Assembly (NCBI RefSeq): GCF_020745735.1
Contig: NC_083417.1
Span: 58,466,001-58,530,000, forward strand
Source: Hemiscyllium ocellatum
Lineage: Eukaryota
Reading direction: 5' to 3'
Length of the DNA: 64,000 nucleotides
Shown here: positions 27,901-39,900 of the stretch, one piece after another
Position numbering within the stretch: position 1 is the first letter of the stretch
Layout of the letters: every line of letters starts with the position of its first letter
Made by a program: the position numbers and the translations under genes
Notes under the pieces: model-generated
What the model saw: only the letters and a program-made list of their open reading frames with translations
Databases searched by the model: none
What the model was told of the DNA's origin: nothing

Positions 27901-30900
27901 CCCTGATAGCCACCTAGCTCAGTTGGCTGGATGGCTAGTTTGCAATGTAGAGTAATGCCAACAATTTAATTCTGCTCTAAAAACACTAGTTTGCTCTCTC
28001 TCCATCAAACTGTCTGACCAGCTGTGATTTCCAACATTTGTTGTTTTCAGTACAGATTCTTGCAGTAATTTGCTTCTATGTGGGGTTCAATTCCCACACT
28101 TGCTAAAGTACCATAAAGGATTCTCCATCTCAACTTTTACCCTTGCCTGAGATGTGGTGACTGTTCGGTTAAGCACCCACCAGTTGTCTCCCTGTAATGT
28201 GAAAGTGTCTCTGTGATCTGGTAAAACTGTGGTTCCTTTGCTTTACATTAGTCCAATATCCGTGCTGGTATGTTATTCCCTGAGCCTGTGAATTCTTATT
28301 TCATGTAGCAACATTTGATGTGGAACCTTGTCAAGTGCCTTATTGAAATTATGAGCTTTTTTTATCCATATTGTTTGTTCATTTCTCAAAGAATTATGAT
28401 AAAATGGTCACAGATGATTTTCCTTTCTCAAAGCCATGTTGATTCTGCTAAATTACATAATAAGTGCCATGCTATAAACACCTTAATAATGGATTCCAGT
28501 ATTACCTCTACTGCAGACATCAAGCTAACTAGCCTGTCGTTACCTGTTTTCTACTTCCTTCCTCGTTTGAATCATTTTCACTTTAATGTCCGAACAAAAA
28601 GTTCCATTTGGAAGTTAACTTCTGAGTATTCTGCTCATTGATTAAAACTTGTAGGCTCATAAGTAACAATGACAAAGAAAAATAAATATTTTATCACAGA
28701 AATCTAATGTTCATTAAAATATATAATAGCATTCTTCAAATTTAAGTAGAATAATCAGTCAGTGTATCAAACCTCAGTATAATAGAGGCATTATATTCAC
28801 TATTTTGCAATCGAATGAGACCTTTCCAATATTAAGTAAAATTTGGAAAATGAAACGATTGCAGCATCTTAGGATAAAGTTTATTTGGATCGGGGACTGT
28901 CAGTCTTTAGTTATGATAACTTCCTCAGTACCTCGCCTTCACAATGTGATCATCAATTAATCTTATCTGATTGCACTATACAGGGTGTGGTATAACCGCT
29001 CTTTGGCTAGCATTAGAATATGCTGTTCTAAGAATGTTCCAGCAAGCATTCTATGAATGCATCATCTGGACTACATTTGAATCTGGCTTTTCCAGTTCAT
29101 ATGCTGATTAGAATCTCCCATGATTATGTTTGTGTCTTTATGACAAGCTCTCATTCTGTCTTTCTTTTCGCTCCTGTTTAATTATTGTTCGGAATTCTGT
29201 ACACCCTCGTGTAAGTACTTATCACTTCTACCCAAACTGTTTCCACACCTTCCTGACTCAGGACACCCATCTCTATTATGCTCAACTGATCATTACCTAA
29301 CAAAGCCACCATCCGCACTTTTCCTATTATTTCTAAATGTTGTGTAAGCTTCAAGTTCAGGTCCATATTATCCTGCCCTGAGCACAGATGCTGAGTGGGG
29401 GCTGTTTTTGTGCTTGTGGATTCTGTGTGGCAGGGTCCAGGGAGATGTTGTATCTGGTTCTCTTTCAGCGATGGCCATTAGTTTCTGCACAGCAATGGTA
29501 TCCTCCTCAAACTCGGTGCTTTCCTACAGCTGCTGGATCTCCTGAACTTTGAATTCCTTACCCTTATCTTTCAGCAGGTATTTCTCCAGTTAGCAATAGC
29601 TATTTCGATCCTTTTGCAGCATTATCTAATCCGATTCCAAATGTTACACTTTAGTGACCTCTCGCCTTGACTCTTGGCACACACTTCAGTGGTACACTCT
29701 GTCACTTCCAGTTATCACTTTCCTGAACACTACCCTGTTCTCTTGGCTTGTCCTCCCTCTCTGACTCATCACATCTTTCCTCACTTGGTCTCTCCCTCCA
29801 ATTGTTTAGTTTAAAGCTATCTTTACCCACTCTCATTATCCGAATTAGCACTGAGATCCCAGCATGCTTTAGATGAAGATTGATATACGTCTCACTTTCT
29901 CCAGTACTGGGGCCAGTGTCCATGAATAAAGACCCATTTCTCCCACAGTGACCTTTGAGCTATGCATTTCTAATCTTATTCGCGATATGCCAATTTACCT
30001 TGTGGCTCAGCAAATAATTCAGATGTTATCACCTTTTGAGGTCCTGCTTTATAATTTAGCCCCTTGCTGCTCATACTGCCTCAATAGATCTCTTCCCAGT
30101 GCTCTCTATGTTGTTGGTGTTGACATGGACCACAGTCACTGGATTGCCTCACTGTTAGTGTAAGACACCGGATTGCCTCACTGTCAATGTAAGTCACTGG
30201 ATTGCCTCACTGTCAGTTTAAGCCTCTGGATTGCCTCACTGTCAGTGTAAGAAACTGGATTGCCTCACTGTTAGTGTAAGAAACTGGATTGCCTCGCTGT
30301 CAATGTAAGACATTGGATTGCCTCGCTGTCAGTGTAAGACACTGGATTTCCTTGCTGTCAGTGTAAGACACTGGATTGCCTCACTGTCAATGTAAGACAC
30401 TGAATTGCCTCACTGTCAATGTAAGCCACTGGATGCTTCACTGTCACTTTAAGACACAGGATCGCCTCACTGTCAATGTAAGACACTGGATTGCTTAGCT
30501 GTCAATGTCAGACACTGGATTGCCTCACTGACAATGTAAGACACTGGATTGCTTCATTGTCCATGCAAGCCACTGGATTGCTTCACTGTCAGTGTAAGAC
30601 ACTGGATCGCCTCACTGTCAGTTTAGGCCACTGGATTGCCTTGCTGTCAGTGTAAGACACTGGATCGCCTCACTGTCAGTTTAGGCCACTGGATTGCCTT
30701 GCTGTCAGTGTAAGACACTGGATTGCCTCGCTGTCAGTGTAAGACACTGGATTGTCTCGCTGTCAATGTAATACACTGGATTGCCTCACTGTCAATGTAA
30801 GACACTGGATTGCCTCACTGTTACTGTAAGACACTGGATTGCCTCACTGTGAATGTAAGACACTGGGTTGCCTCACTGTTAATGTAAGACACTGGATTGC

Positions 30901-33900
30901 CTCACTGTCAATGTAAGACACTGGATTACCTCACTGTCAATGTAAGACACTGGATTGCCTCACTGCCAGTGTAAGACACTGGATTACCTCACTGTCAATG
31001 TAAGACACTGGATTGCCTCACTGTCAAGGAAAGACACTGGATTACCTCACTGTCAATGTAAGACACTGGATTGCCTCACTGTCAATGTAAGACACTGGAT
31101 TACCTCACTGTCAATGTAAGACACTGGATTGCCTCATTGTCCATGCAAGCCACTGGATTGCTTCACTGTCAGTGTAAGACACTGGATTGCCTCACTGTCA
31201 GTTTAAGCCACTGGATTGCCTCGCTGTCAGTGTAAGACACTGGATTGCCTCACTGCCACTGTAAGAAACTGGATTGTCTCGCTGTCAATGTAAGACACTG
31301 GATTGCCTCACTGTCAACGTAAGACACTGGATTACCTCACTGTCAATGTAAGACACTGGATTGCCTCGCTGTCAGTGTAAGACACTGGATTTCCTTGCTG
31401 TCAGTGTAAGACACTGGATTGCCTCACTGTCAATGTAAGACACTGAATTGCCTCACTGTCAATGTAAGCCACTGGATGCTTCACTGTCACTTTAAGACAC
31501 AGGATTGCCTCACTGTCAATGTAAGACACTGGATTGCCTAGCTGTCAATGTCAGACACTGGATTGCCTCACTGACAATGTAAGACACTGGATTGCTTCAT
31601 TGTCCATGCAAGCCACTGGATTGCTTCACTGTCAGTGTAAGACACTGGATCGCCTCACTGTCAGTTTAGGCCACTGGATTGCCTTGCTGTCAGTGTAAGA
31701 CACTGGATCGCCTCACTGTCAGTTTAGGCCACTGGATTGCCTTGCTGTCAGTGTAAGACACTGGATTGCCTCGCTGTCAGTGTAAGACACTGGATTGTCT
31801 CGCTGTCAATGTAATACACTGGATTGCCTCACTGTCAATGTAAGACACTGGATTGCCTCACTGTCAATGTAAGACACTGGGTTGCCTCACTGTTAATGTA
31901 AGACACTGGATTGCCTCACTGTCAATGTAAGACACTGGATTACCTCACTGTCAATGTAAGACACTGGATTGCCTCACTGTCAGTGTAAGACACTGGATTA
32001 CCTCACTGTCAATGTAAGACACTGGATTGCCTCACTGTCAAGGAAAGACACTGGATTACCTCACTGTCAATGTAAGACACTGGATTGCCTCACTGTCAAT
32101 GTAAGACACTGGATTACCTCACTGTCAAGGAAAGACACTGGATTGCCTCATTGTCCATGCAAGCCACTGGATTGCTTCACTGTCAGTGTAAGACACTGGA
32201 TCGCCTCACTGTCAGTTTAAGCCACTGGATTGCCTCGCTGTCAGTGTAAGACACTGGATTGCCTCACTGTCAGTGTAAGACACTGGATTGCCACACTGTT
32301 ACTGTAAGACACTGGATTGCCTCACTGTCAATGTAAGACACTGGGTTGCCTCACTGTTAATGTAAGACACCGGATTGCCTCACTGTCAATGTAAGACACT
32401 GGATTGCCTCACTGTCAACGTAAGACACTGGATTACCTCACTGTCAATGTAAGACACTGGATTGCCTCACTGTCAGTGTAAGACACTGGATTACCTCACT
32501 GTCAATGTAAGACACTGGATTGCCTCACTGTCAATGTAAGACACTGGATTACCTCACTGTCAATGTAAGACACTGGATTGCCTCACTGTCAATGTAAGAC
32601 ACTGGATTGCCTCACTGTCAGTGTAAGACACTGGATTACCTCACTGTCAATGTAAGACACTGGATTGCCTCGCTGTCAGTTTAAGACACTGGATTGCCTC
32701 ACTGTCAATGTAAGCCACTGGATCGCCTCGCTGTCAATGTCAGACACTGGATTGCCTCGCTGTCAATGTAAGCCACTGGATTATTTCACTGTCAATGTAA
32801 GACACTGGATTGCCTCATTGTCCATGCAAGCCACTGGATTGCTTCACTGTCAGTGTAAGACACTGGATTGCCTCACTGTCAGTTTAAGCCCCTGGATTGC
32901 CTCGCTGTCAGTGTAAGACACTGGATTGCCTTGCTGTCAGTGTAGGACACTGGATTGCCTCACTGTCAATGTAAGCCACTGGATTGCGTCACTGTCAGTG
33001 TAAGACACTGGATTGCCTCACTGTCAATGTAAGACACTGGATTGCCTCACTATCAATGTAAGACACTGGATTGCCTCAATGTCAGTGTAAGACACTGGGT
33101 TGCCTAGCTGTCAATGTCAGACACTGGATTGCCTCACTGTCAATGTAAGACTCTGGATTGCCTCACTGTTACTGTAAGACACTGGATTGCCTCACTGTCA
33201 ATGTAAGACACTGGGTTGCCTCACTGTTAATGTAAGACACTGGATTGCCTCGCTGTCAATGTCAGACACTGGATTACCTCACTGTCAATGTAAGACACTG
33301 GATTGCCTCACTGTCAAGGTAAGACACTGGATTGCCTCGTTGTCAGTTTATGACACTGGATTGCCTCACTGTCAACGTAAGACACTGGATCGCCTCGCTG
33401 TCAGTTTAAGACACTGGATTGCCTCACTGTCAACGTAAGACACTGGATCGCCTCGCTGTCAGTTTACGACACTGGATTGCCTCACTGTCAACGTAAGACA
33501 CTGGATTGCCTCGCTGTCAGTGTAAGACACTGGATTGCCTCGCTGCCAATGTAAGTTCCTCTCCAACCCAGAACACATGTACTTGCCAGAATTCTATAGA
33601 CCAGCTTTAACATGATTTTATTCTTTTATATGTGACCTTCGAGTAAAAAATGAGGTCTGCAGATGCTGGAGATCACAGCTGCAAATGTGTTGCTGGTCAA
33701 AGCACAGCAGGTTAGGCAGCATCTCAGGAATAGAGAATTCGACGTTTCGAGCATAAGCCCTTCATCAGGAATAAGAGAGAGAGAGCCAAGCCGGCTGAGA
33801 TAAAAGGTAGGGAGGAGGGACTAGGGGGAGGGGCGATGGAGGTGGGATAGGTGGAAGGAGGTCAAGGTGAGGGTGATAGGCCGGAGTGGGGTGGGGGCGG

Positions 33901-36900
33901 AGAGGTCAGGAAGAGGATTGCAGGTTAGGAGGGCGGTGCTGAGTTGAGGGAACCGACTGAGACAAGGTGGGGGGAGGGGAAATGAGGAAGCTGGAGAAAT
34001 CTGAATTCATACCTTGTGGTTGGAGGGTTCCCAGGCGGAAGATGAGGCGCTCCTCCTCCAGCCGTCGTGTAGTTGTGTTCTGCCGGTGGAGGAGTCCAAG
34101 GACCTGCATGTCCTCGGTGGAGTGGGAGGGGGAGTTAAAGTGTTGAGCCACGGGGTGATTGGGTTGGTTGGTTCGGGCGGCCCAGAGGTGTTCTCTGAAG
34201 CGTTCCGCAAGTAAGCGGCCTGTCTCACCAATATAGAGGAGGCCACATCGGGTGCAGCGGATGCAATAGATGATGTGTGTGGAGGTACAGGTGAACTTGT
34301 GGCGGATATGGAAGGATCCCTTGGGGCCTTGGAGGGAAGTGAGTGTGGAGGTGTGGGCGCAAGTTTTGTAAATGTAAATGCAAGGAAATGTAAAACTTGC
34401 GCCCACACCTCCACACTCACTTCCCTCCAAGGCCCCAAGGGATCCTTCCATATCCGCCACAAGTTCACCTGTACCTCCACACACATCATCTATTGCATCC
34501 GCTGCACCCGATGTGGCCTCCTCTATATTGGTGAGACAGGCCGCTTACTTGCGGAACGCTTCAGAGAACACCTCTGGGCCGCCCGAACCAACCAACCCAA
34601 TCACCCCGTGGCTCAACACTTTAACTCCCCCTCCCACTCCACCGAGGACATGCAGGTCCTTGGACTCCTCCACCGGCAGAACACAACTACACGACGGCTG
34701 GAGGAGGAGCGCCTCATCTTCCGCCTGGGAACCCTCCAACCACAAGGTATGAATTCAGATTTCTCCAGCTTCCTCATTTCCCCGCCCCCCACCTTGTCTC
34801 AGTCGGTTCCCTCAACTCAGCACCGCCCTCCTAACCTGCAATCCTCTTCCTGACCTCTCCGCCCCCACCCCACTCCGGCCTATCACCCTCACCTTGATCT
34901 CCTTCCACCTATCCCATCTCCATCGCCCCTCCCCCTAGTCCCTCCTCCCTACCTTTTATCTCAGCCGGCTTGGCTCTCTCTCTCTTATTCCTGATGAAGG
35001 GCTTATGCTCGAAACGTCGAATTCTCTATTCCTGAGATGCTGCCTAACCTGCTGTGCTTTGACCAGCAACACATTTGCAGTTATATGTGACCTTGCACAC
35101 TATGTTTCAAATGAATGCCTGGCCAGGTTATTTTCCAATCAGCCCAAACTGCTGAACAGATTTTAGTTTGAAATGAGCACTATAAACTGAAATTTTGCTG
35201 AATGTATTATTTATGACCATTATGAACATGAGGAAGTTATTTGGCCCTTCGAACCTGCACTGCCATTCAATAAGATCTGATTTTAATCTCAATTCTAAAT
35301 TCCTGCATATCCCTGATCAATCTTTCATTCCCTTAGTCATCAAAAGTCAATCTACCTCCACTTCAACAATATTTAAAGATCCTGCATTGACTGCCTTTTG
35401 AGCAAGGGAATTACAAATATTCATGACTGCCTGAGAGAGAAAAACTGTTTCCTCACCTGTTTTAAATGGCACCCCCTTTGTTTTAAACTATGATCCCGAG
35501 TTCTAAATTGTCCCACAACATTCTTTCAAAATTCACTTGCTCAAGTCCTCTCAGGATCTCAATTCATTCACCACTGACTTTTCTAAGTTGCAGAGAATGC
35601 AGGCCTGTCTAGCCTTTCCTCATTAAAACAATCAGCTCATCTACAGTCTAGTAAACCTCCTCTGAACTGCTTTCAAAGCATTGACGTCCTTCTGTAAGTC
35701 TGGTGACCAGTACTGTACACATTACTCAAGACACGGTCTCATCAATGACCTGTATAACTGAAGCATAATGTTTCTACTCTTGCATTCAACTCCTACCACA
35801 ATAAAACCTAATGTTATGTCAGCCTAGCCAGCTATGATTTCAGTCTTGTCCTCTCCATGTAGATTCAGCGTAGTATTGTAACAGGAGTAAGAACCTGGCG
35901 AATGCCAAGTGTTTATTTTAACTCCCTCACACACTATAGCACATGTCACTTCACAAATCATTCATCATAGCTGCTGCAACTTACTTGGTAATGAAATAAC
36001 AGAAATTGCACAGTATTTCACAAACTAAAACTCAATCCTGTTAAAGAACAAGATTAGTCACTTCTTGTCCTAGCCAGCTTTGCGATTGTATAATTTCCTT
36101 TTCCTGTCTTCCAAAATCTCCTTACCAGCTTCCTGTTGCATACACACAGTCACCCTCTGTAATTCTATTCTGAACATGAAAGGCTATTTTACTGCAAGAG
36201 TAGTCTGATCCTGCCTTCACTGAGTTACAAACCTCCCCAGTGCTCAGTGGATCCCCATCAGAAGCAGGAACACAGGCAGATTTCCCTGCAACTATTAGAA
36301 GCAAATTATAGCATAGTTCCATCAGTTGTCTCATACCAGGTCATACACATTTGAATTTGATCCTAGGAAATTGTTGTCCCAGTTCCTCCCTGGAAATAAG
36401 TGCCTCCTCAAACTCTCATGGAAGTGGAGGAGAGTCAAATACCAGCATTATTGCCTTTTACAAAGACTTACATTGAAGTATTCTTCCCGTCTCGTTTCTC
36501 AATCACAAACTCGCCATAAATGTCTGGTATCGCGATACATATAAGCACCACAATTGCTGGAAGGCCTATCAATCAAAGAAAATGATTTGCAATCATTAAT
36601 ATTTAAAGAATACAGATCATATTAAGAACATTGAGCAATAGGCTCCTCAAGGTAAGTAGATTAGATTACTTACAGTGTGGAAACAGGCCCTTCGGCCCAA
36701 CAAGTCCACACCGACCCACCGAAGCGCAACCCACCCATACCCCTACATTTACCCTTTACCGAACACTACGGGCAATTTAGCATGGCCAATTCACCTGACC
36801 CGCACATCTTTGGACTATGGGAGGAAACCGGAGCAAACCCACGCAGACACGGGGAGAACGTGCAAACTCCACACAGTCTGTCGCCTGAGTCGGGAATTGA

Positions 36901-39900
36901 ACCCGGGTCTCAGACGCTGTGAGGCAGCAGTGTTAACCACTGTGCCACCGTGCCGCCCACAAAGTGTTTGCCAGGAATTGGTGTTGGAGAGACTGTTAGA
37001 TCTGAAGGTTGATAAGTCTCCGGGACCTGATGGTCTATATCCCAGAGTACTGAAGGAGGTTGCTTGAGAAATCGTGGATGTGTTGGTGATTATTTTCCAG
37101 AGTTCGATTGATTCGGGATCAGTTCCTGCAGATTGGAGGGTGGCTAATGTTGTACAACTTTTCAAGAAAGGTGGGAGAGAGAAAGCAGGAAATAATAGAC
37201 CAGTTAGTCTGACCTCAATGGTGGGAAAGATGCTGGAGTCTATTATAAAGGATGAAATTACAACACATCTGGATAGTAGTAACAGGATAGGTCAGAGTCA
37301 GCATGGATTTATGAAGGGGAAATCATGCTTGACTAATCTTCTGGAATTCTTTGAGGATGTAACTCTGAAGATGGACAAGGGAGATCCAGTAGATGTAGTG
37401 TACCTGGACTTTCAGAAAGCTTTTGATAAAGTCCCATGTAGGAGGTTAGTGAGCAAAATGAAGGCACATGGTATTGGTGGCAAAATACTAACGGATTGAA
37501 CGTTGGTTGGCTGATAGGAAACAAAGAGTAGTGATAAACGGCTCCATTTCGGAATGGCAGGCAGTGACCAGTGGGGTACTGCAGGGATCAGTACTGGGAC
37601 CGCATCTTTTTACAATATATGTTAATGATATAGAAGATGGTATTAGTAATAACATTAGCAAATTTGCTGATGATACTAAGCTGGGTGGCAGGGTGAAATG
37701 TGATGAGGATGTTAGGAGATTACAGGGTGACCTGGACAAGTTAGGTGAGTGGTCAGATGCATGGCAGATGCAGTTTAATGTGGATAAATGTATGGTTATC
37801 CACTTTGGTGGCAAGAACAGGAAGGCAGATTACTACCTAAATGGAATCAATTTAGGTAAAGGGGCAGTACAGAGAGATCTGGGTGTTCTTGTACACCAGT
37901 CAATGAAGGCAAGCATGCAGGTACAGCAGGTAGGGAAGAAGGCTAATAGCATGCTGGCCTTCATAACAAGAGGGATTGAGTATAGAAGCAAAGAGGTTCT
38001 TCTGCAGCTGTACAGGGCCCTGGTGAGACCACACCTGGAGCACTGTGTGCAGTTCTGGTCTCCAAATTTGAGGAAAGACATTTTGGCTATTGAGGGAGTG
38101 CAGCGTAGGTTCACGAGGTCAATTCCTGGAATGGCGGGATTACCTGACACTGAAAGACTGGAGTGACTGGGCTTGTATACCCTTGAGTTTAGAAGACTGA
38201 GAGGGGATATGATTGAGACATAGAAGATTATTGAAGGATTGGATACTCTGGAGGCAGGAAACATGTTTCCCGGGGTAGACCATTTAGGACAGAGATGAGG
38301 AGAAACTTCTTCACCCAGAAAGTGGTGGCTGTGTGGAATGCTCTGCCCAAGAGGGCAGTGAAGGCCCAGTCTCTGGATTCATTTAAGAAAGAGTTGGATA
38401 GAGCTCTCAAGAATTGTGAAATCAAGGGTTATGGAGATAAGGCAGGAACAGGATACTGACTAAGGATGATCAGCCATGATCATATTGAATGGCGGTGCAG
38501 GCTCGAAGAGCAGAATGGCCTACTCCTGCACCTATTGTCTATTGTCTATTGTTGCTAATGTTGAAGAAAGGACATCTTTTCCTTTCAATTTTGGCTCGGA
38601 AGAAGCACTATAAGATGCAGAAGAAAGCACCCTTGACAAATTTTTTAAACAAAGAGGAAAACATTTTACATGGTTGTGGATTACAATCCAAATTCCCGTT
38701 TGTGACAATGTTAGACCAGCCACACCCCTCAGTTGATCTTTCTGAAAGTTAGTTGGAGAAAGGCTGACTGTAAAAATACTACACAAATCTGAAGGACAGA
38801 TTTATCTTTCATCAAACGAAAGGCACTTACTGAGCTTATTAACTTCTATCATATTGTCTTTTCAACATGGAACTGCTAATTTATAGCATTCCAGATATTA
38901 CTATAATCCAGCAACCTCTCCTGAGTAAAGTATCTCGCCACCAAAGAGGTATGGACCAAGTACACAGGAGCAGGCTTAAAGGGTACAATGTTTCTCATTT
39001 TCTGAATATCCTCTGTCTCAGTCCCCTTCATGTTAAAACTTGTCCTTTCATTACCATAACAAGAGACGGGTTATTCTGAGGATGAATTTCATCTCAATCA
39101 AAATGATACTAACATTTCTTTCACTTATACATGGGATTAAGAGCATCTCTGGCTAGATCAAAGTTTACTGCCCATCCCTCATTTCCTTAATAATGTGGTG
39201 GAGGTGTAAGGAAAATCTATATTTGAGACCAGAGAGGGACTAATTTGGGTATTGGAATACAAGGTTTAATGTTTTGTTAAAATGAAGGGAAAACATCAAG
39301 CAGGGGCAAAAAAAAAACTGAGAGTAGAGGAAGAGACAGCTAAACGTAGAGGCCTGTGTTAGAAAAAAATGACATCTATCAGAGTATGTTTGAAATCTTG
39401 AGGAGTTTGAGTTTAGAAAGTTAGGAATCGGAAACCAGTGTTAGAACTGGAAGATGTAATTGCAATCTTATGTTTAGGGAGGACCTGGTTTTAACTATCC
39501 ATTAGATACCCGACCTCCGCACACTATTTCAACAATTTAGGACAATTAAAGTTTTGTGTGTAAAACACCAAGTAACATCAATACATCAGCCAACAAAACG
39601 TGAAAGGAAAATCATTCTTACTCACCCCAACCGATAACAGCCAGTTTTTGTATGTAGTGTTTTATGTAGGTGTTGAAAACTTTGATCAGCAGCAGGTACA
39701 GCTGAAATGCTTCAATTCCCATCCAGGTAAAAGTACACAGCAATGAATAATGTAGAAAAACAGCAATGGTCTTACATAGACTTTCATTTTTCACCATACT
39801 GAGCCACACGTTGGTCAAGAAGTTCACATTCAGGAGAAATATGGCAGCACAGAGGTTCATGTGGATCTTTGTGACATGATCGCTTTTAATTTTCCTAAAC

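Larger units (their letters stand above)
33640..35080. mobile_element. Penelope-like inverted (palindromic) insertion: 689-bp arms at 33679-34367 and 34392-35080
   Basis: Mirror GIY-YIG ORFs (IIYCI.C..C...YIGET) on both strands; 14-bp TSD ttatatgtgacctt at 33626-33639 and 35081-35094. Confidence 0.96.

Noticed and set aside
30135-33556. CRISPR-like regular ~29-bp repeats and Cys/His-rich ORFs
   Set aside because: There are no unique spacers or cas genes and the context is vertebrate; the ORFs are just satellite translations
33906-34853. Two 192-aa ORFs on opposite strands as a host gene pair
   Set aside because: They are mirror images of a truncated Penelope GIY-YIG region, created by the palindrome
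36890-36958. tRNA-like sequences (also ~16320-16385 and ~60470-60536)
   Set aside because: They are SINE heads continuous with SINE bodies, not tRNA genes
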